DNA of 64,000 bases from Candidatus Eiseniibacteriota bacterium (lineage in GTDB: Bacteria > Eisenbacteria > RBG-16-71-46 > CAIMUX01 > VGJL01). The position numbers were made by a program, and so were the translations under genes. Below, piece by piece: positions 39,778-50,300 of the stretch. The stretch covers positions 1,376,001-1,440,000 of the forward strand of contig CAWBWI010000001.1 of the NCBI GenBank assembly GCA_963792585.1, read 5' to 3'. Numbering within the stretch: the stretch's first letter is position 1; every line of letters starts with the position of its first letter. The notes below the pieces were generated by a model, which worked only from the letters and a program-made list of their open reading frames with translations, was not told the DNA's origin and did not search any database.

Positions 39778-42700
39778 TCAATCGCCGATCGGAGTGCGGC
39801 CGATCCGGAAACGCGCCATCTTCCCCTTCAGACCCTTGCGTGAGAGTCCGAGGAGCGCGGCCGCGCGGCTCTTGTTCCCATCGCACACCTGCAGCGCACG
39901 CTCGATCGCGCGCCGCTCGAATAGCTCGACCTTGTTGCGCAGATCATCCCCGGCCGGCTCGGCTGTCTCCTCCCGCCCCTCGAGCACCTCCCTGGGGAGC
40001 AGTTCCGGGGTCAACACGACGTCGTCATCGGCGAGCGTGACGGCGCGGCGGATCGACTTCTCCAGCTCACGCACGTTGCCCGGCCAATCGTGGTCGAGCA
40101 GGCTCCTCCGAAATCCTCCCGACATCCCGCGGATCTTGCGTCCCGACTGTGCAGCAAACGACTCGACGAAGCATCCGGCGAGCAGCAGGATGTCGTCGTG
40201 CCGATCGCGCAGGGGCGGGATCTCGATCGAGATGTCGTTCAGGCGATAGTAGAGGTCCTTCAGGAATCGACCTTCCGCGACCTCGCTCCGCAGATCGGGG
40301 CAGCTCGTCGCACAGATGATCCTCACGTCGAGCCGCAGATAGCTCGTCGATCCCACGGGACGGATCTCACCCGAGTCGAGCAAGTGCAGGAAACGCCGTT
40401 GCACAGTGATGCCCGACTTGTCGATCTCGTCGAGGAAGATCGTGCCTCCCGCCGCTTCGGCGAGCAGCCCGTTGCGATCCTGCGTGGCCCCGGTGAAGGC
40501 TCCCTTCCGATAGCCGAACAGCTCGGCCTCGAGCAGGCTGTCGGGCAGCGCGGCGCAATCCACGGTCACGATTGGGCGGTTGCGTCGCGCGCTGGCCCGG
40601 TGGATCGCGTGCGCGAAGAGCTTCTTGCCGGTGCCGGTCTCCCCCTGGAGCAGGACCGTGAGATCCGTATCCCCGATTCGGCGGATCAGCTCGAGCAGGG
40701 CGATCATCTTGGAGTCCTGCGTGATCACGTCAGCGAGAGCGATCCCCTGCGTGAGCTTGCGCTCCTCCGGATCCTGGGTCGCCAGATCGAGCGCTCGGGT
40801 GATCTCGGCGGCGAGGAGCATCGCGTAGTTGCGCTCCGCGCGGCTCATGGCTCCGCGACCTCGATCGAGCTTGCGCTCGAAATGAAGCAGATGGGTCCGT
40901 CCGCGGACCGCGATCGGAATTGTGAATCGGCTGATCGGCCGCTCCGGGGAACCCGCGCTGACGATCGGCTTCAGGGCAAGACCGTCCAAGCGAATCCCCT
41001 CGAGCCCGAAGCGCTCAGGGCCGGTGGCACGGCGTCCGCGCTCGCTCTCGATTCCGCTCGAAGCGATGATCTCGAGCCCCTTCTCGTTCGGACGTGCCAG
41101 CATCGTCACATCGAGGTCCAACGCCTCGCGCAGTAGCATGAGGATTTCCGGAAGGCGCTCCCAGGCGCTCCCCCCCATGTCGAGGATTCCCTCGAGTCGC
41201 TCGTGAACCTCCAAACCATCCGGGCCCTCGTCCCCGGCCGAGACGCCCTCGGTGGTGCGAAGGCTCTCGTCCAGCAGTTCGACCCGGCGCGCCAGGATCG
41301 CGAAGGGCTCCGTCTCGGTGCAGAGTCTGCGCAGGGACTCGATCCGGGTGCGCGCGTCGTCGCGCCGGCCGAGCCTGATCAGACATTCGACTCGATCGCA
41401 CTCCACGAGCGCCAGCGGACGCCCCGCGTCGATCCGACGCAGGACCTCAGCCGCCTGGAGGAACTGGATCAGAGCCGCCTCGGGATCGCCCTGCACATCC
41501 AGGGCGATGCGACCAAGTTCCCCATGGGTGGTAGCGAGCGCCGGGACTTCCGCACGGGACCGGTGGCGGTCACAGAGCCCGGCGAGGGCCGCTCCCGCCT
41601 CCCCAAGTCTGCCGGTGCGCGCCCAGACCGTCGCCTGGCGGAGCAGCGCACGCTCCTCCTGGGCGCGATCCCGATCGTCTCTGGCCAACTCGAGGGCGCG
41701 GGCCGCTGAGCGCCCCGCATCCTCCCAGCGTCCGGCCAGCGCGGCCATGTCCGCTTCGAGCAGCAGAACCTCGACCATCAGATCGCCGCGGGGCGCCATC
41801 GCCTCGACCCGCATCCGGAACTGCCCCGCCAGCCTGTCGGCTTCATCGAGGCGCTCCTCGACGAGGTTCAGGCGTGCCTCTTCCAGAAGCAGGAGGCAGC
41901 GCTCGCGTTCGGGGAGCAGGTGCCCTTCAGCGGGCCGGCACTCGTCGAGCGCCGCGCGCGCCTGCTCGGTCATGAGCACCGCACGGGAGAGCTTGGCGAG
42001 CGCCAACCTGGCCCGCATGGTTCGCGTCGCGTCGCCCGTTTCGATCGCGAGCTTCAGTCCCCGTTCGAACGAGGCCTTCGCCTCGCCGTAGCGACCGGTC
42101 TTGGAAAGCACGATCCCGAGGTTCTGCGCAGCGCTGACGACGGTCGTATGCTCGCCGAGCGTTGAGGCCAGGTAGTAGGCGACGTTGTAGTGCTCGGCCG
42201 CCCGCTCCCAATCGCAGCGCAGCTTGTGCAAGTTGCCGAGGTTGGTGTAGCAACCGGCCAGGCGCTGAAGATCCCCGAGCTTGCGAAAGACCTCGAGTGC
42301 CTTTTCGAAGTGCTCTTTGGCGAGATCCGTTTGGCCCGCGCGAATATCGGCGGTGCCCAGAAGGTTCCTCGCGAGTCCGGCTTCCTGTTGCAGGCTCCCC
42401 TCGCCTAGCTCCTCCAGCGCGGCTGTCGCGTCCGCCCGCGCCGCCGAGAGCTGTCCGAGTTCGAGAGCCGCTTTTGCCGCGATCAGGAGTGCGCGCGCCC
42501 GCTCGTTGGTGGGTGTCGATCCGGGCGCATCGTCCAACGCGGCGCGCACGGCAGCGCGCCCTTCCTCCATCTTGCCCAACTGCACGAGACAGCGGGCCAT
42601 TCGCCAGGAGACAGCGAATCGATCCTCGGGTGAGAGATCGGGGGATTCCTCGACGTAGGCATGAAGCCTATCGAGGGCCTGTGCGGGCGACTCGAAGCCG

Positions 42701-42807
42701 AGGTCGAGATCAACGATCGCGATCAAGCGCTCCAACTCGGTAGCTCGATCGCTATTCGGATCTGCAGCGTCGGCGGGCCGTGCCCGTCTGTCGTCCTGAG
42801 GTCTCAT
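39778..42807 (-). CDS. TPR-repeat + sigma54-interaction (AAA+) + Fis-HTH transcriptional regulator
   Basis: About 500 aa of TPR-like repeats (e.g. CYTNLGNLHKLRCDWERAAEHY), a possible GAF-like region, then GETGTGK, ELFG.RKGAFTGA, FLDEID, DLYYRL, WPGNVREL and the HTH GNKSRAAALLGLSR. Confidence 0.9.
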   Translation of the reverse strand: MRPQDDRRARPADAADPNSDRATELERLIAIVDLDLGFESPAQALDRLHAYVEESPDLSPEDRFAVSWRMARCLVQLGKMEEGRAAVRAALDDAPGSTPTNERARALLIAAKAALELGQLSAARADATAALEELGEGSLQQEAGLARNLLGTADIRAGQTDLAKEHFEKALEVFRKLGDLQRLAGCYTNLGNLHKLRCDWERAAEHYNVAYYLASTLGEHTTVVSAAQNLGIVLSKTGRYGEAKASFERGLKLAIETGDATRTMRARLALAKLSRAVLMTEQARAALDECRPAEGHLLPERERCLLLLEEARLNLVEERLDEADRLAGQFRMRVEAMAPRGDLMVEVLLLEADMAALAGRWEDAGRSAARALELARDDRDRAQEERALLRQATVWARTGRLGEAGAALAGLCDRHRSRAEVPALATTHGELGRIALDVQGDPEAALIQFLQAAEVLRRIDAGRPLALVECDRVECLIRLGRRDDARTRIESLRRLCTETEPFAILARRVELLDESLRTTEGVSAGDEGPDGLEVHERLEGILDMGGSAWERLPEILMLLREALDLDVTMLARPNEKGLEIIASSGIESERGRRATGPERFGLEGIRLDGLALKPIVSAGSPERPISRFTIPIAVRGRTHLLHFERKLDRGRGAMSRAERNYAMLLAAEITRALDLATQDPEERKLTQGIALADVITQDSKMIALLELIRRIGDTDLTVLLQGETGTGKKLFAHAIHRASARRNRPIVTVDCAALPDSLLEAELFGYRKGAFTGATQDRNGLLAEAAGGTIFLDEIDKSGITVQRRFLHLLDSGEIRPVGSTSYLRLDVRIICATSCPDLRSEVAEGRFLKDLYYRLNDISIEIPPLRDRHDDILLLAGCFVESFAAQSGRKIRGMSGGFRRSLLDHDWPGNVRELEKSIRRAVTLADDDVVLTPELLPREVLEGREETAEPAGDDLRNKVELFERRAIERALQVCDGNKSRAAALLGLSRKGLKGKMARFRIGRTPIGD

Positions 42808-42827
42808 TCGCTCGCGCCTGTACTCGG

Positions 42828-43175
42828 CTATCGCTCGATGCCCAACCAGATCAGAACGGCGTGCAGCATCGGATCGGTCCAAACTGCCGACCGCCGAACA
42901 TCAAAGCGCGTAACGCGAGAACCGCCCACGGGATCCAGAGTCGGATCGTGAGGCGCCCGGAACAGGTTCGAGTAGTCATCCGGATCGCCACCATCTCCGT
43001 CGCCGCTGCCCGTGGGGCCACCCTGCGGCGGCTCGAAGTTGCAGTCGCCTCCGGGGTGACCGGGGGCCGGCTCCGCATACTCCCGCGACGCGTATGCGAC
43101 TGGGGCCGCCAGCGCGAGGCAGAGGACCGCAAGGCCGACTACAAAGAAGATCCAATGCGACTTACGAGGACTCAT
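42828..43175 (-). CDS. Small secreted Gly/Pro/Asp-rich protein (115 aa), candidate signalling-peptide precursor
   Basis: GAGGTG RBS, signal peptide MSPRKSHWIFFVVGLAVLCLALAAPVAYA, low-complexity core ...GSGDGDGGDPDDY..., hydrophobic Trp-containing tail. Ends 20 nt before the regulator start. Confidence 0.75.
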   Translation of the reverse strand: MSPRKSHWIFFVVGLAVLCLALAAPVAYASREYAEPAPGHPGGDCNFEPPQGGPTGSGDGDGGDPDDYSNLFRAPHDPTLDPVGGSRVTRFDVRRSAVWTDPMLHAVLIWLGIER

Positions 43176-43235
43176 AGCGCACCTCGATCTTGAGGAACCC
43201 ACCCAAGGTTGCGGAAAGCAACCCTTCCGGTTAGA

Positions 43236-43264
43236 AGGTTAGACCTGCTCACTGTGGGTGTCAA
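43236..43264 (-). promoter_or_regulatory. Putative sigma70 promoter for the small-protein/TPR-regulator operon
   Basis: Minus strand TTGACA-N17-TAACCT. The leader carries a GGTTGC-TTTCC-GCAACC hairpin. Confidence 0.7.
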
Positions 43265-43300
43265 TGACGCGACTTATTGGGCGCGCCGACCCCCGGTTCA

Positions 43301-43309
43301 TGCTACAAT
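43301..43309 (+). promoter_or_regulatory. Possible extended -10 promoter for the diguanylate cyclase
   Basis: TG-C-TACAAT on the plus strand. Confidence 0.4.
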
Positions 43310-43431
43310 GGTTCCTGCAAGTCCCACGCGCTGTTAGGATACTCGATGCTCGGACCGGTTGACGTTCCCCGGGGGAACTGCCTGTGGCAGTCTAGGTCGG
43401 ACCCCCGGCGCAACATTTTGGGGCGACATTT

Positions 43432-44775
43432 GTGAAGCGGGTATCCGTAGGCTATCGTGATTTATTACAACGACTTCTGCGGTTCGAGGCTCTGACGGAA
43501 GAAGAGCGGGCGGCGCTGGTCCGCGCCCTCGCTGATCCGGCGGGGCAGGACCTGCGACCAACGGCCCACCGCGTTGTCCGCGGGCTGATCCAGAGAGGCG
43601 TTCTGGAAATCGTCGAACGGGGTCCCGATCCGGAGGGGCGCCGCCTGCGGCTATTTCACCCCGCCTCCGGTCTCCGCTTCTCGATCCAGCTCGACGAACC
43701 GGAGTCGACGGAAACCGTCGAGGTGGTTCCCCTTCCCCTGAATCCGGAGGTCCTGCCGGCGTTGCGAACCGCACTCGTCCGACAGATCCTGACCGATCAG
43801 GGAGTTGTGGTGCTCAGCGATCGCGTTGCAGGACCGCGGGAAATCATTCAGCGGATGGAGCCGACCCTAAAGGCGGCGATCGAAGCCGAGTCGGTCCGGT
43901 TCGTACCCATCGACCAGCCTCCGGGTGACTACTGGCGCACGGGCACGCCGGTGGTTCCATGTCTCGCCGAGTCGATCCTCCGCGATCTCGCCCGCGCGCG
44001 CAGCTATGTCCTGCGGGTACGAGATCTCTCCCGACTTCGCCCCGACGCGGCGGAAACGCCATCGACCGGCAGCGCACTCTACATCGGGATCGGCGACGAC
44101 GCGGGCGGCTGGCGCGCCGTCGTCGAGATCCATGATCCCCGCATCGACGCGTTCTCTCCGGAGAGAATGAGCCTTGCCGTCCTGCTCGCCGCGCACTTCC
44201 AGAACCTCGTCGCCACCGCCGTTCGCCTGCAGTCGCTGATCTTCTTCGACTTCCTGACGGGCCTGTACAACAGGCCTTACTTCGAGGACCAGATCGAGAA
44301 GGAAATGACGGTCGCGCGCAGGCGCGACCAGAGCCTTGCGCTCCTGATCGTCGACATCGACAACTTCAAGCGGTTCAACACCCTCTATGGATACGAGGGC
44401 GGGGACCGGGTCCTCGTCACCGTCGCCTGCGTGCTGAAGGCGGAACTGCGCGCGAGCGACACGATCGCCCGCTACGGAGGCGAGGAGTTCGCCGTGCTGC
44501 TCGCACCCCCGGTCGGTGTCGAGGAAGCGCGCGTGATCGCCGAGCGGCTCCGCGCCGCCGTCGAGGGTGAGGCCTTCCAGGTTGCGACGTGGAGTGAGGA
44601 CTACATCCCGGAACGGATCACGGTCTCGATCGGTGGTGCGCTTCACACGCAGGACGGCCGCTCCATGCGTGAGATCTTCACCGCGGCGAACCGAATGCTC
44701 CTCGAGGCCAAGCAGATGGGGAAGAACCAGGTCCGATTCGTCGGCGACGGCGAGGATCGTCATCCCGACGCCTAG
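43432..44775 (+). CDS. Diguanylate cyclase (GGDEF) with GAF-like and unknown N-terminal regions
   Basis: [19 protein letters not shown]-site [25 protein letters not shown]. No TM segments. Confidence 0.92.
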   Translation: MKRVSVGYRDLLQRLLRFEALTEEERAALVRALADPAGQDLRPTAHRVVRGLIQRGVLEIVERGPDPEGRRLRLFHPASGLRFSIQLDEPESTETVEVVPLPLNPEVLPALRTALVRQILTDQGVVVLSDRVAGPREIIQRMEPTLKAAIEAESVRFVPIDQPPGDYWRTGTPVVPCLAESILRDLARARSYVLRVRDLSRLRPDAAETPSTGSALYIGIGDDAGGWRAVVEIHDPRIDAFSPERMSLAVLLAAHFQNLVATAVRLQSLIFFDFLTGLYNRPYFEDQIEKEMTVARRRDQSLALLIVDIDNFKRFNTLYGYEGGDRVLVTVACVLKAELRASDTIARYGGEEFAVLLAPPVGVEEARVIAERLRAAVEGEAFQVATWSEDYIPERITVSIGGALHTQDGRSMREIFTAANRMLLEAKQMGKNQVRFVGDGEDRHPDA

Positions 44776-47370
44776 GCTTCGTCCTCAGTACTCCAGACCC
44801 AGGATCCATCCGGACCCCTGTCGAGCATGATCCGTTGCCCCGCCCGGACCTCCCCCGCGAGCAGCTTCTTCGCGAGCGGGTTCTGCACCTCGCGCTGGAT
44901 CGTCCGCTTGAGCGGACGGGCGCCGAACTCAGGGTCATAGCCCAACTCTCCGAGTGCCGTCTTCGCGGCGTCGCCGACCACCAGCCGGACCGAGCGCGTG
45001 TCGAGTTGCTTCTGCAGCGCCGCGAGTTGCAGATCGACGATTCGGCGGATCTCCTGCCGGCCAAGCGCATGGAATATGACGATCTCGTCGATCCGGTTGA
45101 GAAGTTCCGGACGAAAGTGGCTGCGAAGGAGCTCGAAGATTTCATCATGCAATCGCGTCTCATCGAGCCCGCGCGATTCATGGATTCGTTCCGTGCCGAT
45201 GTTCGAGGTGAAGATCACAATCGCGTTCGTGAAGTTGACCGTCCGACCCTGACTGTCGGTGAGTCGACCGTCGTCGAGAATCTGGAGGAAGACGTGAAAG
45301 ACATCCGGGTGCGCCTTCTCGACCTCGTCGAAGAGGATCACGCAGTAGGGACGGCGCCGAACGGCCTCGGTGAGCGCTCCCCCCTCTTCGTAGCCGACAT
45401 AGCCGGGGGGGGCACCGAGAAGGCGCGCGACCGTATGGCGCTCCCCGTACTCCGACATGTCGATGCGGATCATCGCCGCCTCGTCGTCGAAGAGAAACTC
45501 CGCGAGGGCCTTCGCGAGTTCGGTCTTGCCGACTCCGGTAGGACCCAGGAAGAGGAAGCTGCCGATCGGACGGCCCGGCGCGGCGAGGCCGGCGCGACCG
45601 CGACGCACCGCATCGGAGACGATCCGGATCGCTTCGTCCTGCCCGACGACACGACGGCCGAGTTCCGCCTCCATGCAAAGCAGCTTGTCGACCTCCCCCT
45701 GCAACATCTTGCTGACGGGGATGCCGGTCCAGCGCGAGATGACCTCGGCGATCTCCTCGGGACCGACCTCCTCCTTGAGCATCCGCGGTCCATCGGCGGC
45801 GGAGGTGATCTTCGCCTCCGCCTCCTCGATCTCACCGCGCAGCCGGTGCGCTTCCCCGTAACGGATCTGCGCGACCCGCTCGAGATCTCCCGCGCGCTCC
45901 GCCTGCTCCTCCTCGACCTTGAGCGCTTCCAGACGGGCGCGCCGCGCGTGGATCGAGTCGATGACCGACTTCTCCTTCTGCCACCGCTCCTTCATCTCCG
46001 CTGCCTGCGCGCGGAGCGTTTCCAGCTCCGATTCGACCGCCTGCAGACGGTCACGACTCGCCACGTCCTGCTCGCGCCTGAGCCCTTCGCGCTCCACCTC
46101 GCGTGTGCGGATCCGGCGGTCGATCTGGTCGATCTCGGTCGGCATCGAGTCGAGCTCGATCCGTAGCCCTGCGGCCGCCTCGTCCATCAGGTCGATCGCC
46201 TTGTCGGGTTGGAATCGGTCGGTGACGTAGCGGTCGGCCAGCGTAGCCGCCGCGACGAGCGCCGCATCCTGGATCCGCACTCCGTGGTGGACTTCGTAGC
46301 GTTCCTTCAATCCCCGGAGGATCGCGATCGTATCCTCGACCGACGGCTCTCCGACGAGAACCGGTTGGAACCGGCGCTCGAGGGCGGCGTCCTTCTCGAT
46401 GTGCTTGCGGTATTCGTCGAGGGTGGTCGCCCCCACGCACCGCAGGTCGCCCCGGGCGAGGGCCGGCTTCAGGAGGTTCGAGGCGTCGATCGCCCCCTCC
46501 GCCGCGCCCGCGCCGACCAGCGTGTGGAGTTCGTCGATGAAGAGGATCACGGACCCCTCGGCCTCCTTCACCTCGCGCAGGAGGGCCTTCAGCCGCTCTT
46601 CGAACTCGCCCCGATACTTCGTACCCGCGACGAGCGCGCCGAGGTCGAGAACGAGGATCCGCCGATTCTTCAGACCCTCGGGCACGTCGCCCGCGACGAT
46701 CCTGCGGGCGAGCCCTTCCACGATGGCGGTCTTGCCCACACCGGGGTCGCCGATCAGGACCGGGTTGTTCTTGCGCCTGCGCGAGAGCACTTGAAGCACG
46801 CGTCGGATCTCGGTGTCCCTGCCGATGACGGGATCGAGTTCCCCTTTGCGGGCGGCCTCGGTCAGATCGCGGCAATAACGGGTGAGCGCCTCGTACTTTT
46901 CCTCGGGATTCTCGTCGGTCACGCGCGCACCTCCGCGAACCTCGGCGAGGACGCGCAGGAGAAGCTCCTCGGTCAGGCCGGCGCGTCTGCAGGCCCTCCC
47001 CGTCTCCCCCCTCCTTCACGATCGCCAGCAGCATGTGCTCGGTCGAGACGAAGTCGTCCTTCATTCTCTCGCGCTCCGCATCGGCCTCGTCGAGGACCTT
47101 GCGCAGCGCCGGATCGATGTAGACGTCCGCAGTTCCCGTGACGCGGGGCTCACGCTTCAGAAGATCGCGTTGAGCCTGCTCGATGGCCCCACGCTCGATC
47201 CCGGCGCGCTCCAGCAGTCGGGCGGGAAGCCCCTCGCGGTCGTCGATCAGCGCGAGCAGGAGATGCGCGGGGACCAACTTCTGGTGCTCATCCTCCCGCG
47301 CGATCCGCTGGGCCTGCTGGATCGCTTCCTGCGCCTTGACGGTCAGCTTCTCAGGGCGGAATCCGGCCAT
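44772..47370 (-). CDS. clpB: Chaperone ClpB, frameshift at about 46990
   Basis: Clp-N domain ([11 protein letters not shown]...FVSTEHMLL), NBD1 GDPGVGKT, middle coiled coil, NBD2 [16 protein letters not shown]. Confidence 0.95.
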
Positions 47371-47385
47371 GGCACACCTCACAGC

Positions 47386-50300
47386 CTATCGAACGCGCGC
47401 CAGCTTCTCGATCTTGGTCAGGCTCCCCTTCGGCGTCTGCACGAAGAGCTTGTAGAAATAGAGGCCGTTGCCGACCGCATCGCCGTCGGCGTCGGTCCCG
47501 TCCCAATCGACCGGGGGATCGCTCGCAAGCTGCCGGGATGGGAGGTTATCGAGCGTCTGGATCAGCTTGCCGCTCGTCGTGTAGATCTTGATCGTCACCC
47601 GCGTCGCCGGCTCACCCAGGAGATAGAAGATCGACGTCCGCTCTGCGAACGGATTCGGGACGTTGTAGAGATCGAGGATCTCGTGCGTCAACTCGGTCTC
47701 GACCCGCCGTTCGATCCGGTAGTCGAAGCCGTCCGGTTGAGCGATCTTCAGGCTCAGGACCGCCTGCCCCCCCATCGGGACGGGATCCAGCATCGTAATC
47801 CGCCAGGTGCGCGCACGCCCATCAACCGGATCGGATGGTCGCGCACGCACCGGAACGACGGTCCCACCCGCCCGCATCTCGAAGTCGTCGACCGCGAGAT
47901 AGCGCGGCGCGTCCACGTTGACCCGCACCGAATCTTCCTCGAGAACCCTCGCCCCATCGTCGAGCGTGGCCCAATCGCTCCCCGGCTTCTTGACCTGGAA
48001 GACGGCGTCGAGCCGCACGGGGAAGGTCATGGTCGAGATCCGGCCGTTCGCGTCCTCGGCGGAGAGGATAAGATTGTAGGTCCGCGGCATGACGGTCGTT
48101 CGATAGACCGCTCGGAAGTGGCGATCGTCGGCCCCCGGGATCACGGAATCGGGTTCGGCGACCCCGCCTACGTCCTGGATCGAGAGGGATCGCGCCCATA
48201 CCTCGTCGCAGACCTGGGCCGCGATGTCGATCGAGTCGCGATCGAATGGGAGAATGAGGGGTTGCCCCGCCTGTGCGGGCTGGCCGTCGATCGTCGCCGC
48301 GATTGCGGGCGGGGCGGCGTCCATGACGAGCCCCGGATCGCCGAACATCCCGTACGTGGCCGACATGCTCTTGTAGGTCAAGGATCCGGATCCCGAGGCG
48401 ACGAGGTCGCGCTTCGACGCGCTCAGAACCTCGCCGAGGATCCAGCGGGTGTGCCCCCCCTCCGCGGGGGGCGGCGGATCGATCGGCGGGCTGCGGAAGA
48501 ACGATCGCATCAGCGAGATACAGAAGACATCGCTCGACGGGATCCACTCGTATCCGCTCGAGGCGATCGATCCGATTCCCGCCCGGTCGTCTTCGGCTCC
48601 CGTCGAAGGAGGATCGTAGCCGAAGGCGATCAGGTTCTCGCCGATGCCGTCCCCTTTCCCGGGGAGGCCCTCGTTGAACGCCGCGAACTCGTTCAGGTGG
48701 CAGCCGAACCCCATGAAGAGGAAGGGACGGCCGAGATTCGATAGGAGGGAAACGTCCTCCCGGCCCGACAGTGGGGAGTGCCGGAAGATGTACTCGTGAC
48801 CCATGAGGCGCCCGTTCGCATGCCCCGTGTAGCTGACGATCAGGTGTCCCCGACCCATCGCCTGGAGCAGCAAATCGCGAACGACCGAGCCTCCGTACTC
48901 GAAGTTCGTGATCCAGTCGGCGCTCCCGTTGTACTCGACGCAGCGACCGGACGTGGGGTCACGGCGAGCGCAGCGGCCGAGCGCAGCGACCGTATCCATG
49001 TACGCGGCGACCGCGAACGAATCGGCCGAGAAGCCGCACTGAGGGCCTTGGTCGGCGATCAACGCCATCGACTCTCGACCCGTCAAGGCGAAGACGGCTT
49101 CGTCTCCGAACCCGGGATGGGGCCGATAGGCTTCTCCACCGAAGTCGATCCGGTTGCTCCAGATGTCATCGCCGACAAAGAGCGCGCGATTGCGCCAGGT
49201 ATCATCGGTTGCGAACGATTCATAGGCGAGGATCTTGGCGACGGTGCGCTCGAGTTCTTGCAGACTGCCCGCCGGAAGTCTCCCCACGTGCATGTCGGGA
49301 AGGAACGACAACCTCTCCCCCGTGCCGAGCAGGTTGTCGACGAACCACTGGTCCGTGGTGATCAGCTCCGGCCCCTGCCCCGCATACGACTGGGAGAACA
49401 TGGTCTGGGTCGGCACCCAGTCGGGAGCCGAGATCGCAAAGCCGTCCGTCTCCCCCACCAACGGGTTGTCGAAGACCTCCGTGGCGTCTCCGACGAGACA
49501 CAGGTACGAGGGGCCGGGCGTATTTGCCAGGAAGAGCGCCCGCAGCATGGAACGGATCGCATGCGGCCAATGGCGCCCACCCGAGAACTGGTCGAAGACG
49601 TCCTCGATCGGGGCCACGAGGACGGTGTGGCCCTGTGCGATGCGGTGGTCGATGAGAGGCTGGGCCGTCGGGATCCACGCGCGCGGAATCACCATGACAT
49701 AGTCCGCCGGACCCTGCGCGAGCAGGTCGGTTCCGCCTCCCATCACGATCGCGGACGGCTTGGGCATGGCGCCCGCGGCGATCACCTCGATGCGGCGGTC
49801 CTGACCGGTCAGGGCGAACTGCAGGCGCAAGCGCCGGTTGGGACCGGTACCTTCGACCTGGGTTGCGGGGTCGATCGTGAGCGCCTTCGGCGCGCGGGGG
49901 TCGGTCCAGTCGATGCCGATCAAATCGTCCTGCGGCGGTTGAGGAATCCGGTACTCCGTGGGACCGGTGAGGTCGACGGTGGCGATTCGAACGTCGCCGC
50001 CGCTGAACGTGGGCCGGCGCACGTAAGAGACATCGAAGGAGACGAGCGCCGCCCCCTCGCTCTGGGGGGGCTGCGTATGAATGAGCCGGTTGCCCGTCTC
50101 GTCGAGGGGCATGCCTGCGAGGTCCGTCGCGTCCGCCACGTACTGCTCTCGCCCCTGGTTGCCGAACACGATGGGCGTGCGCGGGAGCTGCGTCGCCTCG
50201 GCGAGGCCGCCCTGAGACAGAAAGAGCGCGACGCGATGGGTCCCGCTGACGGTCCGGATTCCCTGGAAGATGGCGGAGAGGCTCAGCGGCTCGACATACC

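Noticed and set aside
43205..43240. Two small hairpins as a c-di-GMP riboswitch
   Set aside because: The GEMM or c-di-GMP-II consensus is not recognisable, and the second hairpin overlaps the predicted -10 element.
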